Assembly (NCBI GenBank): GCA_964188305.1
Contig: OZ076888.1
DNA length: 64,000 bases
Strand: one strand, 5' to 3'
DNA from: Podarcis bocagei
Lineage: Eukaryota
Shown: piece by piece, positions 25,679 to 39,359 of the stretch
How positions within the stretch are numbered: position 1 is the first letter of the stretch
Layout of the letters: each line of letters starts with the position of its first letter
Position numbers and translations under genes: made by a program
Notes under the pieces: model-generated
Seen by the model: the letters and a program-made list of their open reading frames with translations, nothing else
What the model was told of the DNA's origin: nothing
Databases searched by the model: none

Positions 25679-26119
25679 TTATTATTTATACCCCGCCCAT
25701 CTGGCTGGGTTTCCCCAGCCACTCTGGGCGGCTTCCAAAAGAATATTAAAATACTATGATACATCAAACATTAAAAGCTTCCCTAAACAGGGCTGCCTTC
25801 AGATGTCTTCTAAAAGTCTGGTAGTTGTTGTTCTCTTTGACATCTGGTCAAAGAGAACAACAACTACCAGACTTTTAGAAGACATCTGAAGGCAGCCCTG
25901 TTTATGAACAACTTGGGTTAAGAACGCTGCAAACCCAAATGTAGGTGTTTTGGTTTGTGAACTTTGCCTTGGAATAAGAACATGTTTCGCTTCCTGTTGA
26001 GTGTGTTCCATTTGTAAATTGAGTCCTCTGCTGCAATGGGAAAGCATGCCTTGGTTTAAGAACACTTTGGTTTAAGAACGGACTTCTGGAATGGAAGTTC
26101 GTAAACCAAGGTACCACTG
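25599..26119. mobile_element. Tigger-like MITE containing a nested L2 insertion
   Basis: TA|CAGTGGTACCTTGGTTTA ... TAAACCAAGGTACCACTG|TA. Confidence 0.88.
25631..25904 (-). mobile_element. L2 3' fragment with (AAT)n tail and fold-back 5' end
   Basis: Reverse complement of the 13380-13540 sequence, followed by a perfect inverted duplication. Confidence 0.9.
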
Positions 26120-27520
26120 TAGTACAGTAAGACGTAATCAAGGGACTTGAGATGCAATGCACGTCTGTTATCAGGTCAATTTATGCTACACCTTCACAGA
26201 AATGATCCAATCTCCATTTTTCTTTTCTTACTTAACAGCAATAAGGCCACTTCCTGGAAGAAACAGCACGTTTCTTCACTACAGTGTTACTCAAAGAAAC
26301 ATGAGGAAGTTCTTCTGATGGCAGCTCAGTATACAAGGCACCATACTATCAAGATGGGAATTCACCTGGGAACAATATGTAACCCAGGCATGATATGAGA
26401 CCACCATCTTACTGAAGTTGGGAAGCACATGAATGCCACTTTGGGTTCTATGACGGAAGAAAGGTGAAATATAAACATAAGAAAATTAATAAATAAATCC
26501 ACTCTTTGGAAGAGGAATGGGATACACGTGTGATAAACAGCAAGGGATTTTTAAAAATCTATCTTGCATCCCAAAGGATTTGAGCATCCTGCACAGATAC
26601 TTAAAATTTCAAACACTAAACAATGGGGTATCTTCCCCATCCACAGATAGGGTGCTGCTGAACATGAGAATACCAGAATTTCCATGCAGGATGTCACCAT
26701 AAAAGTCTATTTAATCTAGCTTTACACAGAGGTGCAGGTTAGTTTAATCAGTCTTCCACAGTGGCCAGTCAGGTGTCTCTAGAGAGTCCACAAGCAGATC
26801 AAGATAGATAAAGCCATCTCATTTATTCCCACCCTCTTTTTTTTTTTACAGCAAATTTGCACGCTGCTTTTCCACACAAAAATGCCCATTGTGTCTGAAA
26901 TAAAATACACAGTATCAAAAGCAATCAAATGCAGTGCGAATGACAACAGTAACAAAAACTAGGTGCAGACAGAAAAGGCATATAATGCAGACTAATTAAA
27001 TAAAATTTGAAAACATCTGCCAGGACAGATGAGTTTTCAAAAGGTAGTGGACAATCATTAGCGGATGGCAGAGAGCTCTCTTGTGGAAGAGTTTCACAGC
27101 CTGGGAGCAAACAGAGAAGGCTATCTCCTGCACCTCATTACTAGAGATGCCTCAGAAACTGATGGGGTACACAAAAGAGCATCCTTAACAGAAGTGTGGG
27201 TTCCTATGGGAGGACACAGCTCTTTAGGGATCCAAAACAATTTGCGGCTTTAAAAGTTAACAACCAGCACCTTGAGTTGAGTCTGGAAATGGAGTCACAC
27301 CAGTTGCTACTGTAACAGTTACTGCAGAACTGCAGCAGCAGCAAGTTGAGCAAGGTAGCTTCCTAGCAGCAGCCCCATGTAGAGAGATCTTTATAGTAGT
27401 CGGAAGTGAAGGTAAACAACTACAACCACGTCACTCGACACCTTGATCAAACCTATTTTGTCTAAAAGCAGGCACAGCCAGTATACCAATCTTGTGTTGG
27501 GCAAAGCCATTCCCTTACGT

Positions 27521-27804
27521 CAGGGGTCAGAAAGGTTTCTCTTGCCCGTGCCAGATCGGTCCCACGGAGATCCCTCCGTGGGCCAGATCGCGTGTGTGCC
27601 TGAGTGTGCCCCTCCTGGTGTTTTTTGGCGTCTGTGCGTGCGCAGACACAATTTCTGGTGCCGTGGAAGTGAGTCCCCGTGCTGCACTGTGCCGGTTTAG
27701 TGTAGTGCGCAAGCGGGTAACTGGGTTCGGGGGCGGCTCATGGGCTGGTCAAATGACCTCTGCGGGCCGCTTCCAGCCCAAGGGCCTTAGGTTGCTGACC
27801 CCTG
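27521..27804. mobile_element. hAT (Charlie-like) MITE
   Basis: CAGGGGTCAG ... CTGACCCCTG TIRs; TSD ccttacgt/ccttacgc. Confidence 0.88.
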
Positions 27805-29623
27805 CCTTACGCAGACAGAAGCATTTAGGAATCATGCTGTCACTTACAACAGAGGTTTCGCTCGGCTATCGTGAATGAACACTGAAGAAGCTTGATTGTG
27901 CCCCAAATGTTAAAGTAGCAAGGTTTCAAGCAATTTTATAACTGCACATGAATGCACAGCAATAAGGAAGTGGAAGGACTAGAACAGCAGCATGGGTATA
28001 GCAGACTCCCCAAATCAATCCTTTGCCTTTGGCACATGAGAGGAACATGGGATTAGGGCTCTATGTGTGGCACACAGCAAGGAAAGTTTGACCAAGTTTT
28101 CTGATTTCTCTCCTCAGCTGTTTTATTTTAAAGACCAAGTGTAATGATAAAAAGTGTTGTACTAGGGGTTGTACTAGAAGACTTCCAGGTAAAGTTCCAG
28201 CCATGAAACATCTAGAATACAGGCTTAACAGACATCTATGCTGAATGAGAGGAAGCTTAGGATTCAAGCCTAGTAGCATATTTGTGAGCCACGGCTAATG
28301 CAAATTTGATTAAATAAGTTAATAGTGCAGCAACTATACACACTGAGATAAATGAATCCATAACCCTTGAGTGCTGCTCCTGGTCTCCCCAGGCCACTAT
28401 GCCATACAAAGCAGACTCCAATTTATAAAAGCATCAGTGCTCTCTCATCTAAAGAGTGCTGAACAAGTTTAGTTTCTGATCTTAAGGGTAACAGAACATA
28501 ACACCTGATACCCAACAAGAATTCAGCAGAATAATGAAGCTTTGGACCAAATAAAACTCAGCACACATTCCAGACTTCATTGATTATGTTTCACAACCAT
28601 TCATTCGATGACATTTAGTTAATAGCCAGAATGTTCTGGCATCAGTTCAGGAAGCAATACTAAATAATTACACCCAGATTTCAATTGAAGGCATGTGTTT
28701 ACCTTTAAGAGCATCTGGTAACAGATCCATTGGGATAAAGAGGGTTTCATCAGTTTGAGAACATGCACAAGCTGTAAGAGTTTGGAAGTTTTATTCCCTC
28801 ACTATCTGATTATGGATACTTGGCAGATAAGGTTCATGCACAGAGGCCCATTAACAGCTCAATGGTCCCACCTAGGGTCTCTGGGTTTCATCCTAATGGT
28901 AAAAACAGCTTATCTCCTGCCTCACCTCTCACTGTCACAGTGGTAATGCCAATAGGCATTTTAAAAGTCAGAGCGCACAAGAAGCTTCCATAATTCAACC
29001 TCCACCCCATAGACTAGAGTAATGTTTTTAATCTAGATAGAATGTGTCGGTCAGCATTTTCAATAGGATACCACCTACCAGTGTAGCTGGTATTGATTTA
29101 ATTACCACCGTCTTTTCTTTTTTTATCAACGACTCCTTTCTGACATAATGTTTTGTCCATTGCTTGTTCCCCCTTAACCATAGTGAAGTGTTAACATTTG
29201 AATAGCTGCTACATAGTTAAGGATGGGGTGCAAATCTGGATATGAAACCTTTGTTTGGAATGGGTTTGCAACCCCCTGTTTGCATCATTCGTAGCAAAAT
29301 CTTGCTTCAATACAGAATGAACCATCATTTCCCTACCTTCCTTACCTCTCTGCTTGCATGATGAAAAGCAGTTTTCACGGGCATTTCCATAGTACACAAT
29401 CCCTTAGTAGGGTTTAACTCTTAGCTCAGTATATAGTTTCTCTGCACATTCAGGCTCTTAATAAGGGCTTAGGCTACCAAACATGGCTACATACGATGGT
29501 TGTACTGGTCTAATATATGCCAATTACATTCACTTCTATCCAGTTTAGGTAGCCTACCTATTATTTACGTATTCTAGATAATTTCTGGTCAGCTAAGTTC
29601 TACCTTTCTAAGTTCAATGATAA

Positions 29624-29982
29624 TAAAGGGTAAAGGTAAAGGGACCCCTGACCATTAGGTCCAGTCATGACCGACTCTGGGGTTGCGGCACTCATCTCGC
29701 TTTATTGGCCAAGGGAGCCGGCGTACAGCTTCCGGGTCATGTGGCCAGCATGACTAAGCCGCTTCTGGCGAACCAGAGCAGTGCACGGAAACGCCGTTTA
29801 CCTTCCCGCCAGAGCGGTACCTATTTATCTACTTGCACTTTGATGTGCTTTCGAACTGCTAGGTTGGCAGGAGCAGGGATTGAACAACGGGAGCTCACCC
29901 CATCGCAGAGATTCGAACAGCCGACCTTCTGATCAGCAAGTCCTAGGCTCTGTGGTTTAACCCACAGCGCAACCCGCGTCCC
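29624..29982 (-). mobile_element. Sauria (Squam1) SINE, full length
   Basis: 10-bp TSD tcaatgataa; reverse complement of the 15219 copy. Confidence 0.93.
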
Positions 29983-31513
29983 TCAATGATAACAGATTCG
30001 TGGAATTTCTCAGATGTGTTTGTGAACACATGAAGACACACACAGAACAGGAACAGCAATCATTCCCCCCACAGAATTAAGAAATCCAAATAACAAATTA
30101 AATTTCTGCACTTCAAGCTAATAGAATATTCCATACAGACACAACCGTACACACCTCTAATTTCCTGTCTTACAGTAAAGTCTAGCACTGGGACACTTAA
30201 TTAATTGAATACTGAAGCTCTGGAGCTAGGTGTTCAGCTCCTATTTTCTGTGTGGGAAAATTAAAAGCTTTTTACATCATTATGCTGCAGGTCCCTCAAA
30301 AACGAATCCAGTCACGTCTGAACCAGAGTCAAGGCAATTAGCTGCCTATGGCTGAAAAGACAAATCTTGCTTCCAGCTCTGCACTGTGAAATAAAAATCC
30401 ATTTTTGGCTCTGACATACAAGTACCTCCAAACCTGTTGGCCACAATCCCAGTAACATTACAGGAGTGCTGCAAGCTTTCCTAAAGCAATCGCAGTGCCT
30501 CTGGCTGTCAAATTAGTGATGGACGAAACCTGCATGTCATCTCAGCCTCTGCTTTCCTCCACCCGTGCTCCTTCCCACTCTTTAAGCAATCATATATTCT
30601 ACAGCAAATCACAGAATTACAGAATAACCAAATTAGAAGGTTTACAGAAATGTGAAGATAACTACACATTTACTAGGAAACTCTATTCGCTTGAATGGGA
30701 GCAAAGTCTGAAGACAAGGCAGCTATAGTTCCCCTTCAACATCTTCTGGTAGTTCTCATATACAGTATTGCAGGATATAAATAACCAACAGGAGAGAATA
30801 AGCAGGTATCAGAAACTTAAGCAGTTCTTGCCCCCTTGAGCTCTGATGAGGAAACAATGCATTTGCTCCGATAGCTGCAATAGCTTTCCTGAGAAAGCAT
30901 GAATGCAGAAAGTTCTTTGCTACTAAGGAAGAAAAGATTGAAAATATATGCAAGCAAAGCCATTCTGAGAATGAGGAAGGTGTTCATAGTGAGTACCTCT
31001 TTTTCTAGAAAAATAACACTAGAAATAGAGATACAGAGGTGCCATAACTGAGTTCCACTGAGTCCCAGCTGAAAAAAGTGCTCTCTCTCTCTCTCTCTAA
31101 ATATTTTCAGAGAGAGAGAGAGATGCCAGTACTGGGGCACACCACTCTAAGACTGATTATGTACCAGGGCAGCAACATTGGATAATTAGTCCCACTATAA
31201 TCTTGAATATCAATTTTATTCCTGTATTAAAGAACATTAATTACAGTCCTTTTTAAAGATCAAGCTTTTTGTTGCAAAGAACTAATCAATATGCAGCTTG
31301 GAGGATGGCCTTTTTTGGCTTCCAGTCTCAGAAAAAATATATTTAGAGTCCATTTCAATGATCTGCTGAGCAGATTCTACATTGGGAGGGAATAAACCTA
31401 TTGAGGTGCTATTTATTCTCTTTATTTTAATTTAGGTAATTTATAATGCAAAATTTTATTTTGTTGACCTTTGCCTTACTATGGAAAATAGACTAATTCA
31501 ATAAATTCCATTA

Positions 31514-31793
31514 CAGTGGTGCCTCGCAAGACAAAATTAATCCGTTCCGCGAGTCTCTTCGTCTTACGGTTTTTTCGTCTTGCGAAGCACGGCTATTAGC
31601 AGCTTAGCGGCTATTAACGGCTTAGCGGCTATTAACGGCTTAGCGGCTTTAAGAAAAAGGAAACAAACTCGCAAGAACTTGCAAGACGTTTCGTCTTGCG
31701 AAGCAAGGCATAGGGAAATTCGTCTTGCGGAACGACTCAAAAAACGGAAAACTCTTTCGTCTTGCGCGTTTTTCGTCTTGCGAGGTACCACTG
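31514..31793. mobile_element. Tigger-like MITE rich in CGTCTTGCG/CGCAAGACG motifs
   Basis: TA|CAGTGGTGCCTCGCAAGAC ... GTCTTGCGAGGTACCACTG|TA; twin at 37104. Confidence 0.9.
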
Positions 31794-31846
31794 TATATGG
31801 GTGTTGTGGCATGCGTATATATGTGCGTGTACATATATTTGAAGTG

Positions 31847-31958
31847 AGCATGGGCAACTTGTGGCCTTCCAGATGTTGCTGGACTCCCAGCCAATATGAT
31901 GAGGGACAATTGGAACTGTCACCCAACAACATCTCAGGGCCACAGGTTTCCCCATCCC
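31847..31958. mobile_element. Ancient palindromic hAT-type MITE remnant
   Basis: tgtggccttccagatgttgctgga ... caacaacatctcagggccacagg; diverged relatives near 4470, 7100, 16080 and 40870. Confidence 0.55.
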
Positions 31959-32611
31959 CATTAGTTTTCAAGTACTCTCCTTTCTACACAACAGCAGCAA
32001 TACAAATTTGGGTGACAACTTTTTCCCAAGCTTACCCAAGCTGTGCACTGGAGCCTAGCATCTTCCTTGTTTGCAATCTGTCTGAATAATGACTCTGCCT
32101 TGCGCCTTTTCCTGGCCATCATAACTCTGTCTACTGCAGCTGGGGCATATATATTTTAGATAGCAAAACATTCTTGACATACCAGTGTCTTTACAGTACA
32201 GCAAACAAACAATCCTTTTGGTTAAAGTTATAGGCATGGTTCACTACTTAGGTCGAGCTCATGGACTGGTGGGAGACCCAGAGGTCGGAAACTGTATCTG
32301 CTTTCCTTATCTATTTGTAATCCTTGGTTCATTCTGATTGGTTTGCAGGGCAGTTAGATGACATTGCATCAAAGCACAAGTTATCATACACTTTCTGGTA
32401 CATTTTCCTCATCTCAAAATGCTAGATCTTTGGGGGTTGTGGGGTTGTTGTGCAAGACCAAAATATGGACAGTCTGGAAGTGCTCACAGATTAGTCTGCA
32501 TGTAAAAGAATAGAAGGAAACAAGCCAGAGAATTTTGACTCAACCTCTGCTTATGTTCACTCTCGGGAGGCAGGCATTAAAGAGCTCTGCCTGCCTCACT
32601 CCCTCTGTCTA

Positions 32612-32646
<35 letters not shown>

Positions 32647-32767
32647 CCTCACTGTGGCAACATGATGCTTGTGGAAAAAGAAAGCCCTCATATAGTCTGG
32701 TTTAACCATCATTCCTGTGATTATGTGGAACATGTTGCCATCTATCCTGGCACTGGTGCAACCCATC

Positions 32768-32838
32768 TCCAGAGTGGCCGGGGAAACCCAGCCAGATGGG
32801 TGGGGTATAAATAATAAATTATTATATTATTATTATTA
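32768..32838 (+). mobile_element. Very short L2 3' tail
   Basis: ccagagtggccggggaaacccagccagatgggtggggtataaataataaattatt. Confidence 0.75.
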
Positions 32839-33748
32839 TCCCCCAAAGCAAATCTAGTAACTGAGTTCAGCATTACAGTATAAAACACCAGAAAGGGCTA
32901 AAATCCCTCTTGTTGTACCTCATTGTGAATCAAAGCAGCCGAGGTACATTAGGGTGGAGTAGAACAAAACTCTTAGAATCACAGGCTATGCTGGTGACCA
33001 GAAAGGGTGCCTCTCCCAAAACTTAATTTACAACAGTGTGCTTCATACATAGGGGGCAATTTGAAGAATTTTGTAAGGGGAAGAACCATGAAAGTACAGC
33101 TCCAGCTCTTTGGTCTTCCCAAAGCTATCTTCTGTTTTCAACAGCAAGGGGCTTGGTGTCACTTATTCCTTGACTTAAACCTGGAAGCTGTCACAAACAT
33201 TTCCCTGCCTGTGCATTTGCCTTGCATTAGTAAAAGAAGTCAAAAATAGGTTAGAATAATCTACAGGAGAATCAGGGAAGAGGCAGAGAATGCAATCTTC
33301 CAGAAAAGGGGAAGCCATTATTCTGTTACAGTTATGCTTATTATTCACACAGCCAGTTCTATTTTCCTAAATAACCATTTTTTGTACTTGGTCTTGATAC
33401 TGAGCCATGTAGTAGCCTAGCAATAGTCTCAGGGCTCTGCTTCTGTGGCCCTGGGACTCCAGGCCCTTCTGTGTGCCTGTCCAGCTGCTGCTCAGAATAA
33501 ACAAGGCACAGTATCCCTTCTGAGGCAGGGAGGGAGAATGGGGAATAACTTCCCCCTCCAAGGCAGTGGTAGAACAAATGTTTTGCATGAAGAAGATGCT
33601 GGATTCATCTCCAGCTTAAAAACACCTCAGGTGCACGGCTTGCAAAGACTCATAGGACCTTGGAGCATCTCTGCCAATCAGGACGGACATACTGGGCAGT
33701 GTGACCAATGGCATTACTCTGAGTGGATGACCAATATGCTCTCATATA

Positions 33749-33963
33749 CAGTGGTACCTCGGGTTAAGAACTTAATTCATTCTGGAGGTCCGTTCTTAAC
33801 CTGAAACTGTTCTTAACCTGAGGTACCACTTTAGCTAATGGGGCCTCCCGCTGCCGCCACGTGATTTCTGTTCTCATCCTGAGGTAAAGTTCTTAACCCG
33901 AGGTACTATTTCTGGGTTAGCGGAGTCTGTAACCTGAAGCGTCTGTAACCCGAGGTACCACTG
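33749..33963. mobile_element. Tigger-like MITE (inverted relative to 18764)
   Basis: TA TSD and CAGTGGTACCTCGGGTTA TIRs. Confidence 0.9.
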
Positions 33964-34348
33964 TATCTGAAGCAATGGCTGCCACGGGAGAAACTTCCTA
34001 CCGGTAAGAGCTGTGCAACGGTGGGGTAGATGACATTGGAAAGTGGTGGGCTCTCCTTTGCAGCAACTGGGGCACCTGCCGGGGATATCGTCATTGCATC
34101 CTGTACTATAGGTTCTGTGTTGATTTAGGAGGTTGAGCCAGATGACCTTCAAGATCACTTTCAGATCTAAAATGATGTGATTTGATATTCCCAGACATAA
34201 ATTTTCAGTGCTCCCTAGAGAGGTGCTTGATGGAGAGGCAACCATTTAAGGGGGTGAGCATTTTCACCTTCCACCCCATCACCTTGCAGCCTCAAAAAAC
34301 CTGTTGTCTAGGAGACAGGGCATTTGGTGGCAAGACTACCATCTAGAC

Positions 34349-34833
34349 CAGTGTTTCCCAACCACTGTTCCGCGGCACACTAGTGTGCCGCGAGATGTTG
34401 CCTGGTGTGCCGCGAGATGTTGCCTGGAGGGAGGCGGGCGAGTCGGGTGGCGAGAGGCGGGGCGGCGGCGGCGAGGAGAGGCCGCCCAGCGCGGGGCTCT
34501 CGCCGTCTGCCTGCCTGGCTGCCTGCGAGCTCGGCGGGCAGCGCCTCCGTCCGCAGCGCCCGCCTCGCGGCTCTCATTCCCTGCCCCTGCCAAAGCTCAC
34601 CCAGCCAAGCCGCGCTCTCCTTCCTGCCTCGCTTTGCTGCCTCCTCCCCCCCACCCCCAAAGCTTGGAGGTTCCCCGGCAAGGGGGAGGGAAAAAAATTG
34701 AAACTTACACTTTCGTGCGTCCCTCCCGGCGTGACGCTGCGCGCTGACGTCACGGGGCTGTAATGGTGGTGTGCCTCGAGATTTTTTTCATCAAACAAGT
34801 GTGCCTTTGCCCAAAAAAGGTTGGGAAACACTG
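34349..34833. mobile_element. GC-rich non-autonomous hAT (Charlie-type) element, short form 485 bp
   Basis: Perfect 15-bp TIR CAGTGTTTCCCAACC; perfect TSD atctagac (NTCTAGAN target). Confidence 0.95.
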
Positions 34834-35945
34834 ATCTAGACACTGAGTATATATAGGGATCTGAAGGAAGAGTGACCATCTTTACTTCCCCAGACAATTA
34901 ATAGTGAGACCCGGGATGAAAACTGTCTCAAGTGGATAGGTGTATCCTACAACCACTGTCAGCTTTGGGGTGTTGTTGTTTTTTAAAGTGAAACAATACA
35001 AAAGTTAAATAAGATAATACTTGTGTGACATGGTTTAACATCTAAGTAGGAACACAATCCTTCCTTTAGATAGATAATGTAGCTTTCGGTTTTGCCGTGA
35101 TAGAAACCTGCTACTAGACTGGCCTGTGGAGAGATTGTAACTAATTAGAATGCCAAATTGATAGCTTTGAAAAACAAAATGCTGTTATTACAAGATAGTC
35201 TGAGACAAAGTTGAAGCTATTAATCTTGATATGGGAGGGTGGAACTCGCCCTCCCCAAAGTAATTGAATTTTTGTATTACAGTCTACAGAATTTAACAAC
35301 AGCTTACAGAGCCTAACAGTCTGTTACCACATTTGCACAAGTCCGCATACGGACCATTTCAGCACCCAGAATCTTCAGACAGATCCAATTCCTAGTTCAC
35401 AGAGTAGAACTACTGAAATAAGACAGAATTTCTACCTTGAGTGACTTTTGTGCTCTTAAATCCCTGTGAAGCGTAACAGCAGTTTGATCTAGAGTGTATG
35501 GGGCACAAAAAAACAGGAGAATGTGACTGTTTTATTGCATCCCCAAACCTATCTGCTTGCAGGTGGTATAATTTACCTGCATTTCCATAACTTACCTATA
35601 ACAGAGAGTCCTCTACAAGGCTCACAAAGCACCTGAACCTCTGCTAAACAGGAAGAACAAGAGTTCAGCTGAAACCCTATATCTGGACTTAATTCAAAAC
35701 AAAACAAAAACTTATGCGTAGACACACATTATCAGACAGCATTAAAGAGCCAGTGCAAAATTGAGCATCCCTGTCTTCAGTGATTACAGTGTTCTTCTTA
35801 ATTCAGCACTTTGACATGAAATAGGGTAAGAAATAAGTCTGTTTTCTAGGCTGCCCTGTAAATGATTCACTAAGTTACTACACTTGATACATACAAATAA
35901 TTATAACAAATAATAATGTTTACCCAAACATTTTAAACCTCTATC

Positions 35946-35947
35946 TT

Positions 35948-36016
<69 letters not shown>
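35946..36016. repeat. Compound (CTT)n(ATT)n microsatellite
   Basis: Directly visible. Confidence 0.95.
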
Positions 36017-36017
<1 letters not shown>

Positions 36018-37103
36018 TGTATATGAAAATGAACTAGTGCAGGGAAGCCATGAGTTAACTTGGAGCATTCCAGTTACTAACTGTAGTATGCTTAAAGAAT
36101 GAGCATGGTCCTAGATATTTGCTTCAATATCCAGTGTATATTAAGTTGAAGGATTTATATTTGAAAATTCAGAACTATGTGACAGGTGCTCTGCTCTGTT
36201 CCCAGGCAATATGTACTCGATCCAATAAGGAGTAAAATATTCACATACCAATGAATATATTAGCTCCTGGAGAAACTGATGGGTTTAGACACAGCATGAC
36301 CTTCACTTGTTTTAATTGCCAAATTACCAGCTTTAGGAAACCTTTTCGCCAAGCAATGACACATTGGGTGAAGGGCTACGAGACAACTATTTGCTTTAAC
36401 ATGATGGTTGCAATTCATTTTCTATTTCCTGGTGGGCCTGAAACAGTAGTCGTCACTCTCCTAGAATTGCACAGGAGCAAGCTTTATCAAGGAGACATGG
36501 AATTTTCACAGTTGCACAGTCCCGCAACCATATACCCTTCTGTAGGTTTGATGCAGCATGCACAAAAGCTTGGTGGAGGAGCCAAGTTTTGAACTGGTGA
36601 ATTGGCCAAGTGGCACAAAGGGGATGGGGGCAAGGCCACACACAAAAACAAAGGAAGCAAGAGACTCTGCTAGTGAAAGAGGAAGGGAAAAAGAACACCA
36701 AGAATATTGTGGGACCTGTGTTTCTTCCTTGCACAAATTCCAGCAGGAGGCAGACAGAGTTTTGTTTTTTGGTTTTTTGCCTCCCCTTATTTGCAGCTTT
36801 GCATAAGCCTTCAGAAACTATTTGGTCTGCAAACACAAGGGCTGGTGCAATTTCTTTGCTAATGCTGCTTGTGGTCCAACAGCACAATGTGTTTGCTTTA
36901 TTAAAAAAAAAACGTGCAGAATATTAATGTCAGACTCAGCAGAATAAATGTTCCAAAAAGACCATTAATTTGAGAAGAAAAGTAACAACAGATGAAATAT
37001 TCAAACTGTGCTAATATAAAGTAAGTAGCATAATTTCCAGTTATTGGTGGCACAGCTTCTTGCAAAGTACTTTGGAGAGAGAACTATTCCTTGGTATAAG
37101 ATA

Positions 37104-37382
37104 CAGTGGTGCCTCGCAAGACGAAATTAATCCGTTCCGCGAGTCTCTTCGTCTTGCGGTTTCTTCGTCTTGCGAAGCACGGCTATTAGCGGCTTAGCGG
37201 CTATTAACGGCTTAGCAGCTTTAAGAAAAAGGAAACAAACTCGCAAGAACTCGCAAGACGTTTCGTCTTGCGAAGCAAGCCCATAGGGAAATTCGTCTTG
37301 CGGAACGACTCAAAAAATGGAAAACTCTTTCGTCTTGCGCGCTTTTCGTCTTGCGAGGCATTCGTCTTGCGAGGTACCGCTG
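37104..37382. mobile_element. Tigger-like MITE, twin of 31514-31793
   Basis: Same TIRs, TA TSD, near-identical interior. Confidence 0.9.
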
Positions 37383-39359
37383 TAGGTGTTTGGTAAGTGG
37401 TAATTTTCATCAGCAAAGGCTGCAAATTATATATTGAACTCCAAGTGTAATAATTTGATCAAAAGATTCAACAACTACGAGGACAAAATAATAGGGAGCG
37501 CTTTTTACCCTAACTACTACTACACACTAAATACCTCTTAGCCTTTTAAAATAAGGTTTATGCCTCTTTGGAGCACACTGTTACTCGAGAGCAACAATTT
37601 ACGCAACCTCCCCTCCTCATTTAATGGCTCACCCAAAGGACAAACTACATGTCACCTTAACTATATAGTTCTACCCCTGAGTTTTCCCACCACAACATGC
37701 AGGGGATCATTCCTGATCAGCCCCCCCCCCCCCGTGTGTGTGTGTGTGTGGCCAGCACACACCTGTGGTCTCAATATTAATCCAGCTCTCTCTCACACCT
37801 GCATTTTGCACTGAAACAAAGATCTCATTAATTTCAGCAGGACCTTCTTCAGGGAAATTGCACACATGGGGGTTTCAGTCTGAATCAGGGCAGCAGAGGG
37901 AGCAAAGTACTTAAAGAACCCTGTTAGAATCCAAATCTCGAACAAGCTTCCCAGAGTCTAACAATCTGTGGAGAAACCCATGCATGACATTGTTCAGGTT
38001 GTGTGCACTTTGGCCCTGAGCCAACTATACTTTCTTTAACTCGGGCAAGACTTTAAAAGTCTCAATACCAGGGGACTTTATTGATGTGCCATGGTGACCC
38101 ATTCATTGCAAAACAAACAAACAATTTCAGTAATCTCGTATTTTCAGCACACTGTGTATTGTATATTTTATTATGCTAGACTTTCAACAGGCTGCCACAG
38201 AGCTGAAGCTATTTCAATGTGTGCAAGGAACACACCTCAAGTTGAAGTCATTATTAGTGACATCAGAGAATTCTGATAAAAAACAGCAACAGGAGAATAA
38301 ACTGCCAGTGTTTGCTTAATTGCCTCGTGCCTTTAACATAAATTGTTCCAGCAAATACAACTGGTATTCACTGTTGTTGTTTGGTCCACAAACTATATTT
38401 AATTGATTACATCCCCACCATTTGCATTGCATAGAAATGAATTGGGTGGAATAATCTAATGACAATGTACCGGTAATTGTGTGATTTAGCCGCAGCAAGC
38501 AGGGAGACAAATAATGTAGTATTTGACAGAAGATGCAGGGGAACAGAAGCATTGCTGCATGTGACAAATACAGGATGGAACAGAAAATTATGCTTTCTTA
38601 CACGACACATACCAACGTGAAGTCATTTATTCATCATTTGACAGATGTGATAACCGGTTATGTTTATCCTAGAAACCAAGCCTTGGCTTTGGGGTTTTTT
38701 TAAAAAAAACAACAACAGCTTGCGGTGTTATTGTGAGCAGCTTTTCATTGGCTCTGCACTTATGAAAAGATGACAGCTTTTTCAAGCTTGATTAGGGTTT
38801 ATTCTGCCCTGCACAACACTATAATTTAGAACTTAGTACCATGAAATCTAAAACAAATTGAGGATCTGGTGTGGCTTCTCTTCAAAACAATCTAACATTC
38901 TGCTAACACCAAACCAGAACTACATACTTAGCCAAATTGCTGCATCGATGTAGCTGAGAGTAGCAGAGACAAGCTAGTTCATAAAGCCTGTAGGCAGGGC
39001 TTGCTTTATTTATTTTTGTACAGCACCTAGGAATTTTAAGCACTGTACAAAGTTAAAAACACACCCTACCTGCTACTTCTTTGCTTAAAATTCTGTCCAC
39101 TGCTGTTCTGAAAACATACCAACTAATGTGCATTACTTAGTAATGTGAAAACTGACAAAAAAAGCCATCTGTGAAAAGTAGCAAATGTGACACAGGAGTT
39201 TAGTCTGTAAGGTATCATAGAAATTATTATTGATACAGAGGCATACTCTGATATATACTTCTTTATGTTATAATTTAGTTACAATAATAACAGGGAGAGT
39301 GATTTGTTGGTGCCATGGCCAATATACAAAAGACCTTTACCAATCTGATTTTAGTTCTC

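Noticed and set aside
31564-32089. 169-aa and 135-aa ORFs with LAAING repeats
   Set aside because: Translation of an 18-bp tandem inside a MITE.
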